64,000 bases of DNA. Origin: Macrostomum lignano (lineage: Eukaryota). A program made the translations under genes and the position numbers. Positions 27,290 through 38,500 of this stretch are shown one piece after another. Below the pieces are notes generated by a model, which was not told the DNA's origin, searched no databases, and was given only the letters and a program-made list of their open reading frames with translations. Position 1 is the first letter of the stretch, and each line of letters starts with the position of its first letter. Location of the stretch: the NCBI GenBank assembly GCA_002269645.1, contig NIVC01003487.1, forward strand, positions 1 to 64,000, written 5' to 3'.

Positions 27290-27880
27290 CTTTTGTCATC
27301 CGAGAGTCGCGCTATCGCTTTGTTCAGGAGATTAACAATTTGAATGCGTCGTCCTGTACCGAAGTGCTGCCTGAGCTAACTAGAGAAGATCTTCAAATGC
27401 TGGACCCACGGATTGAGAAAGAATCTGTGCCGAAATCGACCGAGACTCAGCAAAAACTTCACGTGGCAAGGTTCCGCCAGTTCCTTAATGAGAAGGGACT
27501 CTGCCAGAGTTTGAGCATGTATCAGATCGAATTTTTAATGATATCTGAGGCTTTTTTATTCGTCTCTTCGAAAGCAGGATGGAACACTACTATACTCGCC
27601 GAAGTCTCTCATCTGTTTTCGTGCGGACATTCAACGGCACTTTGGAATCTCCGTCGGTCAATCGCCATGCAGGTAAATAAAAATTCATTATCGGAGAATC
27701 ATTCAGCTGCGTTGCAACGGAGTTCTTGTCGCCGTACGACGTTGGACCATGTTTTGATTCTTTTCTATAGCCGAATGCATCCGTTAATTTCCGGCAACAA
27801 TCTACAGCCGGCAAACATACCATAATAACATCTGACGCTAACGCGGTTTGCGGCTGATCCACAGCAGTAGCACGGTTGGT
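27290..27880 (+). pseudogene. Degenerate Crypton-like (tyrosine recombinase transposon) fragment
   Basis: VPKSTETQQKLHVARFRQFLNEKGL, then in a shifted frame FYSSLRKQDGT..YSPKSLICFRADIQRHF, typical of Crypton/DUF3504-type N-terminal regions. Multiple frameshifts. Confidence 0.6.
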
Positions 27881-28377
27881 ATGAATTAGGTATGCAAGAG
27901 GGCAAAGAGGAAGTATGCAAGAGAGGATTCAGTTGAATATTACTGAGTGGAAGTGCAGGATGGTCAGGGGGCAGTGATCGAGTCAGGGAGGGGACGGCGA
28001 CTCAGGGAGGGGATAGGCTCCGGAGGGTGCCAGTAGTAAGTCAGGGAGAGGACAGTGAGTCAGGGAGAGTACTAGCTGTGGGGTAGTATTCCTAGCGTAA
28101 CAGCTTAAGCGCTGTTAAACTCTTAAACTGTTTGTTTAAGACTTCGTGACCGCGGATTGCATTATCTGATCCTTTGCGATCTGAACTAAGAAGAGTTCTT
28201 AGGCTAATTCGACCTATGATTACGTCTCAGGACTTTTCTACTACAAAAAGCTTCTTTCACGGCAGCAATTATTTTACTAAGCTTCAGCCGCTACGCAGCA
28301 CTTCATCTTACGCAACTGTTGCCGAAAAAATCTGTATATCGTTACATTGGTCAGGGTGAAAACAGTGGAGCAGTGAG

Positions 28378-28790
28378 GGTGCTGTAGCCTAAGTGGTCTG
28401 GCGCGGTACTCTGATGACTGTGATCGAGCGGCCTAGACTCGATTCCAATTGTGCAGTCATATTATAAATTTGGGGTTAAATGAACATCGCGGCTTAGGTC
28501 TGTTGATGCAGTTAACGCCCTGGAGGGCCAACCCTAAGACACGGTGAGGTTGTTCACGTCTAAGGATAAAAAAGTTACGGCCGCTGTGCACTCCTGTGTG
28601 CGCCCATGCGAATGACTGCGTACGTATCCGCTCGCTTGCGTACCTGCTCGGTGGAGCTGGCGGAATGGACAGGTTACACCAGTTTGGCAGCATTCTTGTC
28701 AATTTACTAAACTGGTTGTACATACCGAAGCTGAACTGGGTAGACTATACTCGGCATCATGTATCTACAGTAATAATGCTTTTGTAAGCT
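28378..28790 (+). mobile_element. Possible tRNA-derived SINE
   Basis: Box A-like TAGCCTAAGTGG and degenerate box B ACTCGATTCC at tRNA-like spacing; ends in a short TAATAAT. No TSD established. Confidence 0.35.
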
Positions 28791-29229
28791 GCAAGCCAAT
28801 CCCATGTTTCCTGAACAGATAACGATTTGCTGAGCGCTTTGCATTGACTACATTTACGTGTACATCTATGGCTTGCATGTAAGTCATGACTTATCTTAAC
28901 ACTAAGTTATTACTAATAACTTAGTTATAATAATTAGTTATTACTAATGCTACTTGGGTTGCTCATCTATGTAGTTTGTTTTACACGAAGGACCTACATG
29001 TGCATGTTATTAAGCGTGCTTAAATGATCTCGTGCGAGGGTATTGACAAGAGTCACTTAAAACCACTTTCCGCCCAAGCTTGGTTCTGTCAGATCGCTTA
29101 AAAGCCCGAAGGCCTGCAGAGCAGGCCATAGACAAATGTCTTTTTTGCTGAATCAGGTGCACCACCTAAAATGATTAAAGTGAACTACGAGTACTTTTAA
29201 TACGGACATACATTTGCGCATCACCACGT

Positions 29230-30950
29230 ATGTTCACTGGCCACCTCGCTGGCCACACACTGGAGTCGCACCTTCGAGTCGTGGATAGGCACCTTGTCTG
29301 GACACAGCACTTTGCCGCCCGGAGTCTTCATGGCGAGTATAACAAGGTCGGCTGTGCTGACTGTGGCTACATTGAAACTCTCGGCGTCAAGACTCAATGG
29401 CGTCCCCGGTGGCAGCCTCAGATCATTTGGCAGCGGGGGCGGTGGCGCATTGACGATGGCGGTGAAGAACTCGCGCAGCTCATTTCTGCGCTCATCCGGA
29501 GTATCGCCAGCCAGGTTGTGTGGGATGCACCGCTTTCACTCGGTCAGAGCGCTGATGGCGGACTAGGCCACGCGCCCTTTGGCGTAGGGTCCAGCGGTGG
29601 TGACCTGGATGGCGTCGTCAACAGCGGCCTGTTGTAGCTGCAGGTAGACAGAGTTGGCCAGACGGAGCCTCTCCAGCTCTGTCCTCGCTTGCCGAATTGC
29701 AGGGTCATCCTGCCAGACCCGCTGCCTACGTTGGGCCGGTTGCTTCAGCAGGAATGCTTGCTCCGATGCAGTTCTAATCGCGGCTTTTACCTCCGTATAC
29801 TCGGCGCGCCCGCACCTGTCGCCAAGCGCGCTAACGAAGGCGCTAGCGAAGGCGCCGCTTCGGCGGACGGTAAAGCGGATCGCGTACACACAGGTCGCAG
29901 ATGAGGAGCCGATGGTCGGACCGCAGAGCCAGCGGCGTGATGTTGCGGCAGTTGGCGTCACGGCAGCGCTCACGAAAGCGCACAAGCACGTGATCGAGCT
30001 GTGCCTGCCTCCGCGTCGCATTCCGGCCGCGTGCATTCCTCCGCCTCCGCTTGCAGCCCACGAAGGTTGCGAGCCTGCCGGGTAGCTTGCGGAAGCGGGT
30101 GTTGGCCGAAACCTGCATTTCCTGTCTCTCCAAGAAGTCCTCAGGAGCTCCGGTGTTTGCCGTTCTCGCGCGGTGTAACAAGCACCGACCACTCGGACCT
30201 ACGAAAAACCGCGTTCAGTCTCAGTCAGGACGACCACTGTGTCACGCTGTGCCGTCTCCTCCACCCGCGCCGAGAGCTGCTCGAAGAAGACTTGAGCCTC
30301 GTCAGGTCGGATGGCAGGAGGCGCGTACATCCAGAACAGACGAGCGTTCCGGCTGCGAAGCCGGACGTCGACCCGAAGCAGCCGGCCAGACAACGAGATG
30401 CAGCGACAGCTCTGCTGCAGCCTCGGTCCGATCAGCGCTCCAACTCCCCTCGTTGGTCCGCCGACGTGTACCAGAAGGTCCAACCGGCGCCCAGGTCCTC
30501 ACAATGAATTCCGGGTCGGCTCTGATAGACACCTCTTGCACCGATATGACATCGCATCTAAGGTCGAGCGATAGCTGCGCTAGCAGCCCTCTCCACCAGG
30601 CGGCCTTGAGAGTGCGGCAGTTTAGCGTCCCGACTCGAAGTGTGGGACGAGTTCGTACAGCTGGGGCTCAATGACAGTGAGCATCACGTTCTCCGGCGCC
30701 ACCTGGAAGATCCAGTTGGCCAAGGATGGCAGCAGCTCGACGGACGGAACCTCGTTGCCGACCTCGTAAGTTTCGCTTACGCCGACTTTCAACTCGCCGA
30801 CGCTTGGTCTTGCCGTTGTTGGCCACCGCAGCAGTTAAGCGCGTTTCGGTGACTTTGCGGAAATGCAAGCTGGAATGCTGAGACGGTCACATAGAAGTTG
30901 GCGCCGTCACAGGCTTCTTGTTACAGATTCAACAGGGATCCTTTGTGACG
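29230..30950 (-). mobile_element. Decayed RTE-like non-LTR element: 5' region, APE domain and start of the RT linker only
   Basis: LRVGTLNCRTL...VISVQEV; GVGALIG; YAP; LRSDHRLLICD motifs across several broken frames. Confidence 0.75.
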
Positions 30951-31670
30951 AAAATAACAGCGTACTAGTCTACTCAGAGTAATATGATGGAAACGTAAGC
31001 TCAATGGTGCGAGAAGGGTCCTGCATTCAGGAGTGGGGATGCTTCCCGGGCTTTCAAATCCTAATAGCTACCTCGTAGATCTCTCTGCTCAGGCTCTCAC
31101 ACTCGCGGCACCCCCAGGAGCCTGTTCACAGCCGTCCACCGCTTCCCCATGCTTCACTGCCCGAGGAAGTGACTTAGCAAGCTATTATGATTGATTAACG
31201 AGGGATTTGATTATTTAGGCGAATAAATTTAAACAGCTTAATAAGGATAGTAAACCCTATGATTACTTAGTTCGCTATTGAGTAAGTAAATGACCAAATA
31301 CGGTCGGCGCAGACTCAAGTATCTAATAATATGTTAGCAAAATGGGAATTTGTGAGGGCGCAGGCCTGGAGGCGGCTGATGACAAACTGATCCGCAGATT
31401 ATGCTGGCTGCTAATGCTGATGAGGCAGTCTTACGCTGTCTTACGCTGTAGCTTGGTAAAGCCGTATTGTCTCCAGTAGGATCGAAGACGCGTTGATGGC
31501 GAAGCTGGTATTGTTCCCATGCCAGTTGGTTGGATCGGTGGCTTTAGAAGACGCTGCTGGTAGAAGACGCTGTCGGTAACTTGTGTGCCTACGACTGCCT
31601 ACCTCATTGAGGGTCAAGTGAAGAGAAGAGACTGTGCTAATGTTTTACTCAAACTACACTGCAATTTCAG

Positions 31671-33373
31671 GCACTACTATGCTACAAATACATCAACTCG
31701 GCGGCTCATGCAACAGCTGAAGATAGTCAACTAACACATAGCTATCCAATCTCTTCTCATGGAGTTCAACAGGGTGCTGCCAATCACAGACAAGAAAATC
31801 CCCCAGCTGCCTTCGACATCCCTAAAATTCTGCGGGACTCCGATGCCAGGGCTCTCATCTCCAAGGAATATCCTCAATACTTGAAGACTTACCTGAGCTT
31901 CAAATACAACCTGCAGTACTCCGATGCCGTTCGATACGTCATCCTGCACCGGTTCGGAGGTGCTGCACTTGCACTTTTTATGGAGTCACAAAATGTGGTG
32001 CATCCAAGATCTCCACCAAAATGCTCATATCTTGGTCCGAATTCTCCCAGATCTCCATCAGAATCCTCACAGATCTCCATCATAATCCTCCCAAATCTCC
32101 ATTAGAATCCTCACAGATATCCATCAGAATTTCCCAGATCTCCATCAGAATCCTCCCAAATCTCCATTAGAATCATCCCAGATCTCCATCAGAATCCTCC
32201 CAGATCTTCATCAGAATTCCCATTAGAATCATCCATCAGAATCTCAATCAGATCTCCATCAGAATCTCAATCAGATCTCCATCAGAATCTCAATCAGATC
32301 TCCATCAGAATCCTCTCAGATTTTCCTATCAACTGTTGCTTTCTTTCAGGCATCTACCTGGACATGGACGTCGAATGCGTGAAGCCGTTCGGACCAAGCC
32401 TCACCCAGCAGGCGGCCTTCATCGACCAGGAGCGGCTGGAGCTGACCAGAATCATTCATGACGCCAATTTCAGCGCCATGAACTCCCTGATAGGCTCGGT
32501 GCCGGGGCATCCCTTCTTCAGATCCATGATGCACAAAGTGCTCGCCAAGAGGCTGCCCGGTACAGCTATCGTCTCCACTGGCCCGATGGTTCTCACACAG
32601 GTGTACAAGAACTATAGAGACAGCCGGTCTGCCCGCAGCTGGCCGGTGACGCTGCTGCCACCCAGCGTGGCCTCCCTGCTGATGACTGACAGACCAACTG
32701 GACGAGTGTCTGCCGCGGAGCCAGTGAGTCTCCAGCTTGGTATTCTGCATGCAGAGAGCAGATAGCTGGAATTGCCGGGGCAATGCGACTTTCAGTTTAT
32801 TATACGTAATCTCACCGCTTGCCTCTCTCTCTTTCTTCCTCCTATTCCTAGTCATATATCTCATATTATTATTTCCTGCTTGTCTCCGCTTTCTTTCCGA
32901 TTATATACATTTCTGCTCCGATCTCCGCCCATACCCGCTAATCTCCGCTCTCTACCCGCTGATCTCCACTTTCTAACCGCTAATATTCGCTCTCTTCCTA
33001 ATCTCTCCCCTCTCACTCTTGTCCACACTTGTATCCCACTGTCTCCGCGATCTCCCCTGTGTAGATCTCTCTTCTAGATTCGCATATCCTTTCCCAATCC
33101 CTAATTAGTTCGCTCTCTACCCCCTTTCTCCGCTGATCAAAAAACGAAACGCTCCTCTTTGCAGAACCGCCCGAGAGAAAGAATCTTCTTCGCTGGCTGG
33201 ATCGCGGCTGTCGCATGCTGAAGTTGAAGAACTGGAGCATGGATGACTCTGACAACAGCACTGTGGCTGTGCACCGCTTCCTGCACCTGGGCTATGATTA
33301 CATGAGGAAAAGCTGGAAGCCGCTGTTTAATGTCACTGAGACTTTCAAGCCTAGAGTGAGATACTACAGCTAG
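31671..33373 (+). pseudogene. GT32 (DXD sugar-binding) glycosyltransferase with lesions; exons 31671-31959, 32350-32723, 33165-33373
   Basis: IPKI..., [43 protein letters not shown] motifs with phase-compatible splice sites. The conserved HQTW...WT segment is missing and a frameshift near 32690 is needed. Confidence 0.7.
32035..32325. repeat. About 22-bp intronic minisatellite (AGATCTCCATCAGAATCCTCCC)
   Basis: Tandem array in GT32 intron 31960-32349. Confidence 0.9.
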
Positions 33374-33474
33374 CAGGTGCAGTACGTATTTGGCGTGTTG
33401 AACTGGCTGCATTTTTGCTTTGATGGCAAATTAATGCTCCACCAACCATACCATTAATCGCCTAGCCCCAAACC

Positions 33475-33680
33475 CTCAATATCGATCGAGAAGCCCATAA
33501 CCCTCGATATCGACCGAGAAGCCCATAACCCTCGATATCGATCGAGAAGCCCATAACCCTCGATATCGATCGAAAAGCCCATAACCCTCGATATCGATCG
33601 AGAAGCCCATAACCCTCGATATCGATCGCGAAGCCCATAACCCTCGATATCGATCGCGAAGCCCCAACCTCTCAGTATCG
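33475..33680. repeat. 28-bp tandem repeat (GATCGAGAAGCCCATAACCCTCGATATC)
   Basis: About 7 copies. Confidence 0.9.
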
Positions 33681-34110
33681 AGGTTAAAAAACGTTTTCTA
33701 AAAAACTGTTTTACGAGTAATAACCGTTTTCCGAAGACTTTGAAAACTATTTTTGCCAAACCGTTATCGTCTATATCTAAGATTTTCACAGTTTGTTAAA
33801 AAAAGTTGAGTTGTAGTTCCATGGCTAAATATACCCGCAAAAATGGATGCCTTTTCTCGCACTATTTTATTTATTTCAACGTAGGGCGGATAAACAGGGA
33901 ATCTGGCTTAGTGAGGTGAATATTAAAATCTAATCAGTGTACATGTACATGCATCAAATAGTTCTGGCATTAGCAAAGTAAAAGTAAGAAAATGTATGTG
34001 CAATAATGTTAAGACGCTGTAGGTACATGATAGATGACCGCCGCATAGTGGGAGTAACAACTCACTGCGTAAGGGTGCACAAGTCTGCGCTGCTGGTATT
34101 GTACATGAGC

Positions 34111-34520
34111 ATTATTATTATTAAACAGACAGCCACAGGGGTCAGCGAAGCACACGCTGGTGGAAAGCAGCTGAGTCCCGCCTTAGTTGCAGACCGAGGA
34201 GTACGAGAGACCCAGAGCCTGACTCAGCCTGTAAATCAGAGAGAAAAGTATCCGCCAGAGTGGTGCAGCGAGTATGGCTCCGACGGAGTCTTCAACAGGG
34301 TGGCCTGAGTGCAGGTCGGCGAGCGGGGCCCCTTAACATCTGGCGTCGCCTTTGCAAGGTGCGGCCCTGGGCGGCACGCGGGTAGCAGTCAGCAAGTCAT
34401 GGGAACAGCCTCCAGCCCGTAAGGTCAGCACCTCAACTGCCGAGCGGAATATAGAGCGGGGACTAAAAGTCCCCTGAATAGGGCGACCTTCAGGCTGTCG
34501 GTGTCGAGCCGGCAGTTGCA
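34111..34520 (-). mobile_element. 3' fragment of an RTE-like LINE with a (TAA)n tail
   Basis: Minus strand reads IFRSAVEVL..YGLEAVPMT-like across frameshifts; ATTATTATTATT at 34111-34122. Confidence 0.5.
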
Positions 34521-35508
34521 GATAAAGCAGCAAATTAATTTGCCAATATCGAGTTGCATGTAATTTTAATGAAACGAGGTGAGGATAGGACTGCCAGTCC
34601 CTTTTGCAGTTTTCAGTATGTTTGATTCTTCCAAAATGCATTCCCTGCATCTCGGCCGTCTGCAGATGGTTAAGAAACATACACTGCACGAATGCACCTG
34701 TGTATCTGTGTATTGAAGCTTGCAGCTGTGGTCAGCAACAGTGCTTTCTGCATCGGTCGATGACAACAAATAGCAATAGGCCTACCCAATTTTTTACACG
34801 AGTTAAAAAGCTAATTAAGTCGTTTCTCGTATACTTACTTCGCTAGCAGGAATTCGGTCCGATCCACGCTCGATCTTCTAGGCGTACACAACTTCTGTAG
34901 TTCCTTGTCATTGGTTGTGTATAGTGTACGCAAGTTTCACTTCCTTTGTGCAAAAGAAGGTGCTTAATACTGCATTCCTGTTTGCTATCCAGCCGCTACC
35001 TCTTTTTTCACGATCCAATTGGAAATGAAACGTCTGGTTGTAGACTTGTGTGTGGAAGTTCTGGCTGAGGGTTGGAGTTGCAGGTAAACGAAGTTTGGAG
35101 AGGCTTACTGCTGTATGTCGGCAACAGTTGTCAGGTCATTGGCTGGCCTCCGGACGAACTGGAGACGGGAGGGGAATCGGGATCACGTACCCGCGCCTGT
35201 TGCGTAGGAGGATCGCGAGGCAGCCGACATGGGGTTGTTCGACTCGGTTTCGGGCCTTCGTCATGGATTGCGCTCCTATAAAAGTGCCTGAACTGCTTCA
35301 GGCCGCGGCAGTAGGCATTTCCGCGTCTAAATATTTCTGCTACTGCTTGCCCTCTGTTTCTATTCCACTAGGATAGTACCAGCTGCCTGCACCTTCTGGA
35401 TCCGTTCAATCCTCGCTGCAATTGTTTATTTGCAATATATACAAGTCAAATTAGGACCAAATTGAAATCCCTATCATTAAGTCTTTAGTCTCGCGGCAGT
35501 AAAGATTC

Positions 35509-38500
35509 ATGCAGGACAGTAACAACAAACAGTGCAGACATCAGCATCATCAGCACCGTCACCATCAGCATCATCATCATGGTCAGAGTCAAAGCAGCAG
35601 CCAGCAGCCGCAGCAGCAAAAACAGTCAAATCAGCAACTCTCACAATCGCAATCGCATTTGCAATTCGATCGTTTCTTCGATTTTGACTTTGCTTCGTCG
35701 AGCACCGGCACTGGCACTGCGGTTGTGAAAGTAAGCCCCCAATTATGCATCACTTATTTCAGGGTCAGGAACGTCTGAGGGCACTTATAATAAGAACAGT
35801 ACTAGGAAGTCAGGAACTGTAGTAAGCAACAATTCATTTTAATAGAAAATTTCACGTAACCATACGACGAGTACCATTTAACATTTAACAATACCATACC
35901 ATTATAAACAAAAATATAATCATTACCGTATAAATATTTTTATCCAATGACTATTTTATCATCATGTAGACCCTAACCTAACGTTCGTACGCTACGGGGG
36001 GCTTGATTTCCAGATGACTCACCGCTCGTTTCGTCTATATAGCACAAGCACACGCTGTTTGGGGGGGAGGGGGTCAGCTCTGCTTTCCCCCCCACAGTAG
36101 GGTAAATCATCAGCTGAGAGAGACATCGAGAGGGAGAACAAAGCGGGCGCGCACAAGTGAACGCTCCAACCCCGCGATGTGTACATTAAGATGGGGGTGT
36201 GGGTTTGATATCGACCAGTCCGGGCGAATCCACGCTCAGTCCTTATAGAACTGAAACCCCCCCCCTCGATCCACCTCTCTGCCCCCTCCACTAAAGCCCA
36301 ATTTTCTTACCCTTATCACTTCAACAGCCATCTGTACGAAAAAAGTGTCCTACAAGCGCAGCCACCTCGTGCTTTAATAACAACAACAAGCGAAATTTAG
36401 CAGCCAGCGATAGTGCCAGTGGCGGCGCTGAGCCTAGTAGTGTCTCCATATCAGCGGCGCAGCCAGATAACTGTCACAGGCACAGCGATATCCATTTGCA
36501 CCGGCCTCCAAATAAGGCAAAACAAGCGCAACAGCAACAGGAAGAAGAGTCCGACTGTATTGCTTTGCGTCGAAGTTTCTCTCAGATAGCGCAACGCTCC
36601 CGGCCTAATAGCTGTGCTATTAAGCTGCGCTCCTATTCCCAATCTCAATCTCAATCTTCGGCATTCGACGGCGCAGCCGATGCCGCCGCGCCTGATCCGT
36701 TCGCTTATCAGGATCGATATCCCTACAATAGCAGTGCCTGCGGCGGCGACTCCAACTTCAACAAGAGAATGAGCGCGGCTAACAATTCCAGGCGTAGCTC
36801 GCGGATTAAGCTACCCAGCACCCGGGCCGAGTCCAGAGACGAAGGCAATTTCTTTTATCCGGCCGACAGTCTCAGATTGTACGGCCACGCGCAGCTTGTC
36901 AACTGCGAGCTCGACGATGAGTCAGACTCTGGCGCATCCAGCCTGCCTTCGTCTAATGGTTCAACATTGAACTCTTCCTGCGCTTCCATTGATCTGGTGC
37001 GATGCAATCGGACCGCATTTGAAGGTGGGAAACTGACTGCGTGATTACTGAATTGATATTGATTCTGACTCCTCAGCAGAGACTGACTCCTTTGACAGAG
37101 ACTTGTACTTCTACTCGCTATACATGGCTTGACTGACTTGACTAGTTTGACTTGCCTCACTCCGTCGTCAGATTTTAACTTTAATTATCTGAACTTATTA
37201 AGTCTCCTCAGAGACTTGCTCCCCTCTTCAGCGACTCGTTCCCTTACCTTAGACTTTTTCCCTCCTCAGAGACTCATTCCCCTCCTCAGAGACTCGTTCC
37301 CCTCCTCAGATACTCGTTCCCCTCCTCAGAGACTTCTTCCCCTCCTCAGAGACTCGTTCCCCTCCTCAGAGACTCGTTCCCCTCCTCAGAGACTCATTCT
37401 CCTCTTCAGAGACTCGTTCCCCTCCTCAGATACTCGTTCCCCTCCTCAGAGACTTCTTCCCCTCCTCAGAGACTCGTTCCCCTCCTCAGAGACTCGTTCC
37501 CCTCCTCAGAGACTCATTCTCCTCTTCAGAGACTCGTTCCCCTCCTCAGAGACTCGTTCCCCTCCTCAGAGACTTCTTCCCCTCCTCAGAGACTTCTTCC
37601 CCTCCTCAGAGACTCATTCCCCTCCTCAGAGACTCGTTTCCCCCCTCAGAGACTCGTTCCCCTCCTAAAAGAATTGCACTGTACACTAAAATTAGGCATG
37701 ATGCAGTACTGCAATTCGCGCATGTTGCACAGGCTTGACCACTCACTGAACTGTCAGTCTTGTCTCAGTTGTTTGTAGCCACAGTCACGACAACCAGGCA
37801 TGACTGACAGCTGCAGAACATGACATGAAATTTATTTATAGCAATGCTGCATTGCTTTGATCATTTGTTTGTTTATTCTGTGCTGCCTGCTTTCACTTAT
37901 CAGGAAATTGGCATTAATAGAAGTTATCTGGAGTACACGACAAGTATTTGCTCGCACTCTTATTTAAGCTGCTCAAATTTTTATGGCTTGAGAAATTATG
38001 AAAACCGGAAAAGATAATACCAGACAAAAATAAGACAGAAGTTTGATGCAAACTGATGCAAAACTTCTGAAATCACTGACGACTAGGCTGAAGAGACAAT
38101 CCAGGGAACATGATGAATAATTGACTTGAACATTTGCACTGGCCTAATGTACATCCTCAGTAGGTCCTGTACATCGCCAGTAGCAGTCCGCTAACATTCG
38201 CTAGCAGAGGGCAGGGAAGGAAGGGTGAGGCTGGCCCTGCCCTACAATCCCGGACTTTTTTGTACGCTCCATCCAAAACTGCTCCGTCAGGGCCTTTATA
38301 GTCTAGCCTGACTAACCCAGCTTTGCATAGCCTTTGAAAATCCTTTCCCCTGCGGGGGGAACAGATCAGATGAAGGATTTGGGAAAGGGGAAGAGAGGGG
38401 GAATCGGGTGCGAGAGAGAGAATGAGGTCGGTCCGATCCGAGTGCAAAATTCTATTTGCGAGTAGATGAGGATAATCCATAGGCCTGGAGGCGTCTTTTT

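Noticed and set aside
28411-28460. Hammerhead ribozyme (CTGATGA)
   Set aside because: No downstream GAAA or stems II/III could be formed.
30850-31200. Ribozyme at the RTE 5' end (TCCTCGG, CTGAGCA motifs)
   Set aside because: No consistent P1/P3/P2 or hammerhead pairing was found by eye.
34990-35400. CR1/L2 3' remnant on the minus strand
   Set aside because: Only a faint FVRR.AND-like similarity; not supportable.
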